Of a stretch of DNA of 58,646 bases, positions 56,585 to 58,646 are shown one piece after another. The DNA comes from Bacteroidales bacterium. Lineage in GTDB: Bacteria > Bacteroidota > Bacteroidia > Bacteroidales > VadinHA17. The position numbers and the translations under genes were made by a program. Each line of letters opens with the position of its first letter. The stretch's first letter is position 1. Where the stretch lies: contig JAWLFR010000002.1 of the NCBI GenBank assembly GCA_041685495.1, forward strand, positions 17,019-75,664. The letters are read 5' to 3'. The notes under the pieces were generated by a model. It worked only from the letters and a program-made list of their open reading frames with translations. It searched no databases and was not told the DNA's origin.

Positions 56585-57253
56585 TTAAATATCCAGGTAA
56601 CGCATAAATGAGTCAAAACGGTCAGAATAGAAGTTATCCATATCATCATCATCATCCCCGTGCCAGGCCGTAACCTCATACTCATAACGCTCAAATGTCC
56701 TTATTACAGGCATCAGGTTACCGGTATTCAGCTTAATGGTGAGCTCCATCCTGGTAGAGTCAGGATGTGATGATATATAGAGGTTAAGTATTTTTGCATT
56801 ATTGCTTTCAATGATCTGTGCAATCTGCGAAAGTGAATAATCATTCTGCAGTATATCAAGGACTATCATCCCTCCCGGCTCCTTGAGTGATGACATCTCT
56901 GCCAGCTTCTCTATCAGGCCGCTTACCAGTATGACACCCTTGTAATGATTTTTGTCATCAAGAACAGGTATTACTGTCAGTTTAAGTTTGGCCGCCAGGC
57001 TTATCACATCAAAAATATGCTGGTCAACCCTGACAAAGGGTTTCATTAATGACAGTTTATGGTTGCCTATGGCCTGTTCAGGATCATTCTGGTCATAAAT
57101 ATCAGCATCCGATATAAGTCCAAGAAATTCCATATTATTGACAATAGGCAGATGGGATATACGGAATACCTCCATCCAGTTAAGGGCATTCTGGCCTGTA
57201 TCAGAGGTTTTTAATTCAGGTACCTCTTCAGATATGAGTTCTTTTGCCAGCAT
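56585..57253 (-). CDS. CBS domain-containing protein
   Basis: 222 aa with tandem CBS-like units (HLPIVNNMEFLGLISDADI; VIPVLDDKNHYKGVILVSGL). It lies upstream of nadK and divergent from pdxJ. Confidence 0.8.
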   Translation of the reverse strand: MLAKELISEEVPELKTSDTGQNALNWMEVFRISHLPIVNNMEFLGLISDADIYDQNDPEQAIGNHKLSLMKPFVRVDQHIFDVISLAAKLKLTVIPVLDDKNHYKGVILVSGLIEKLAEMSSLKEPGGMIVLDILQNDYSLSQIAQIIESNNAKILNLYISSHPDSTRMELTIKLNTGNLMPVIRTFERYEYEVTAWHGDDDDDMDNFYSDRFDSFMRYLDI

Positions 57254-57364
57254 TTCAATTATTTCTCATTCTCATTATTAAGGACACAACTAAAGTAATG
57301 AAAAAAATATTTATTATTGTTTAATTCATTTCTTATATCAAAATTTGCATAAACAATTACAAAC

Positions 57365-58084
57365 ATGACAAGATTAAGTGTAAATATCAACAAAATTGCC
57401 ACTATAAGAAATGCAAGAGGGGGAGATATTCCTGATGTACACAGGGCGGCAATAGAATGTGAAAGCTACGGGGCTGAAGGCATAACGGTACATCCCCGCC
57501 CGGATGAGAGGCATATAACATATAATGATGTACGGACAATAAGGCCTGATATAAAAACCGAATTCAATATTGAAGGCTACCCTTCCGACAGCTTCATCAA
57601 ACTGGTGAGCGAGGTAAAGCCTCACCAGGTAACACTGGTACCAGACCCTCCTGATGCCATTACATCAAACGCAGGATGGGACACCATTAAGCAGGCGTCC
57701 TTCCTGAAAGATGTGATAGCTGTTTTTAAGGAGCTGGGCATACGTAGCTCTATTTTTATTGAAACAGATATAAGCACAATAGAGGCTGCAAAAGATACCG
57801 GCTGTGACAGGCTGGAGCTGTATACCGAACCCTATGCCACAGGCTACCCGGAAGATCCTGAAAAGGCCATAGCCCCCTTCGTTAAGGCGGCCGTGGCAGC
57901 GAGGAAACTGGGACTGGAACTTAATGCCGGTCACGATCTTAACCTGGAAAACCTTAAGTATTTCTCTGAAAATATACCCTGGCTGAAGGAGGTATCCATA
58001 GGACATGCACTGATATCCGATGCACTGTATTATGGTTTGCAAAATACAATAGGCATGTATAAAAGATTACTTGTAAGAGACTGA
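57365..58084 (+). CDS. pdxJ: Pyridoxine 5'-phosphate synthase
   Basis: [51 protein letters not shown]. Confidence 0.95.
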   Translation: MTRLSVNINKIATIRNARGGDIPDVHRAAIECESYGAEGITVHPRPDERHITYNDVRTIRPDIKTEFNIEGYPSDSFIKLVSEVKPHQVTLVPDPPDAITSNAGWDTIKQASFLKDVIAVFKELGIRSSIFIETDISTIEAAKDTGCDRLELYTEPYATGYPEDPEKAIAPFVKAAVAARKLGLELNAGHDLNLENLKYFSENIPWLKEVSIGHALISDALYYGLQNTIGMYKRLLVRD

Positions 58085-58173
58085 AAACATACAGGGGGTG
58101 GAGATTGTTGTAAGACTGAAAAAACAAGTATAACAGATTGTTGCGATACTGAAAAAGGCAAGGATAAGAGATT

Positions 58174-58646
58174 ATGGATTTATATTACAGGGAATATGGT
58201 GAGGGCTATCCTCTTATTATTCTGCATGGCCTGTACGGCTCGTCTGATAACTGGATATCCATTGCCGGGAAGCTGTCCGGAAGCTACAGGGTGATACTGC
58301 CGGACCTCAGGAATCACGGGCGCTCAGCCCATGACCCTGTGCACACTTATGAAGCAATGAGCAAAGACCTGTTTGAGCTGGCAGGCAGGCTGGACATTGA
58401 CAGATTCATCCTTGCCGGGCACAGCATGGGTGGCAAGACCGCCGCATATTTTGCCAGGCAATGGCCGGAAATGCTTGCCGGCCTGGTAGTGATAGATATA
58501 TCCCCCTTCAGGTCCGGTCCGGAGAAGGAAATAGCAGGCGGAATGCATGAGCTGATACTGAAAAAAATGGCTGAAACCGATCCCTCAGAAATAAAAGACA
58601 GGAAGGAAGCAGACCGTATGTTCAGGGATATAAGCCCTTCAGCAAA
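58174..58646 (+). CDS. Alpha/beta hydrolase fold protein, 3'-partial
   Basis: Not in the ORF track because the frame runs off the window. From the ATG at 58174 it reads MDLYYREYGEGYPLIILHGLYGSSDNW...LAGHSMGG (nucleophile elbow GHSMG) and continues open to position 58646. Confidence 0.8.
   Translation, partial: MDLYYREYGEGYPLIILHGLYGSSDNWISIAGKLSGSYRVILPDLRNHGRSAHDPVHTYEAMSKDLFELAGRLDIDRFILAGHSMGGKTAAYFARQWPEMLAGLVVIDISPFRSGPEKEIAGGMHELILKKMAETDPSEIKDRKEADRMFRDISPSA

Noticed and set aside
58081-58173. Short direct repeats GATTGTTG[TC][AG]A[GT]ACTGAAAAA (58113 and 58136) between pdxJ and the hydrolase gene
   Set aside because: Only about 20 nt long with mismatches, in an A-rich spacer. This is insufficient to call a regulatory element.

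Overview
This 58.6-kb window is densely coding, about 55 CDS and mostly on the minus strand. It reads as core chromosome of a Bacteroidota (Bacteroidia-like) bacterium, probably anaerobic or microaerotolerant. That assignment rests on T9SS parts (PorP/SprF, a type-B CTD protein, a DUF5103 plug-like protein), the uppS-bamA-skp-skp-murI block, an E1 alpha/beta fusion, and TAnnTTTG-type -7 boxes.

Recognisable blocks, in order:
- 5'-partial nhaC and a fused E1 alpha/beta 2-oxoacid dehydrogenase component.
- A small Cys-rich membrane ORF convergent with apbE, then the Na+-NQR operon nqrABCDEF with a strong terminator.
- Two M28 peptidases and a divergent DUF5103/T9SS plug-like gene.
- A nine-gene minus-strand Mo/W array: ModE-like HTH, WtpA-like binding protein, permease, ATPase, moeA, moaA, moaC, mog/moaB.
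- ppnP, an unknown secreted tandem-domain protein, and a 717-aa aldehyde:ferredoxin oxidoreductase (AOR) family enzyme. Divergent from the AOR gene are DUF364, a short ThiF-type E1 and a GG-ended ThiS/MoaD-like carrier.
- ftsB-like, GT2, an OmpH-like protein, PorP/SprF, a membrane PKD/type-B-CTD protein and an ECF sigma factor.
- Proline dehydrogenase, nitroreductase and Fe-SOD.
- mqnD and mqnB (futalosine pathway), then queD, folE and fabD.
- Two tandem giant paralogues (1008 and about 1148 aa) combining receiver-like modules with a PPDK_N-type ATP-grasp.
- korAB, then the murI/skp/skp/bamA/uppS block, two beta-barrel paralogues, nadK, a CBS protein, pdxJ and a 3'-partial alpha/beta hydrolase.

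I saw no rRNA, tRNA, CRISPR array, transposase or integrase by eye.

The best candidates for undescribed biology are:
1. The giant REC-like/ATP-grasp paralogue pair. It lacks the phosphohistidine and PEP-binding domains of true PEP synthases.
2. The AOR + DUF364 + E1-like + Ub-like cofactor module, together with the adjacent secreted tandem-domain protein.
3. A phased 36-nt 'TAAATG' junction repeat that creates three 11-codon mini-ORFs between the ABC permease and ATPase genes.
4. An ECF sigma / membrane-anchored type-B-CTD protein / PorP-SprF module.

All family assignments come from motif recognition by eye. No database search was run.
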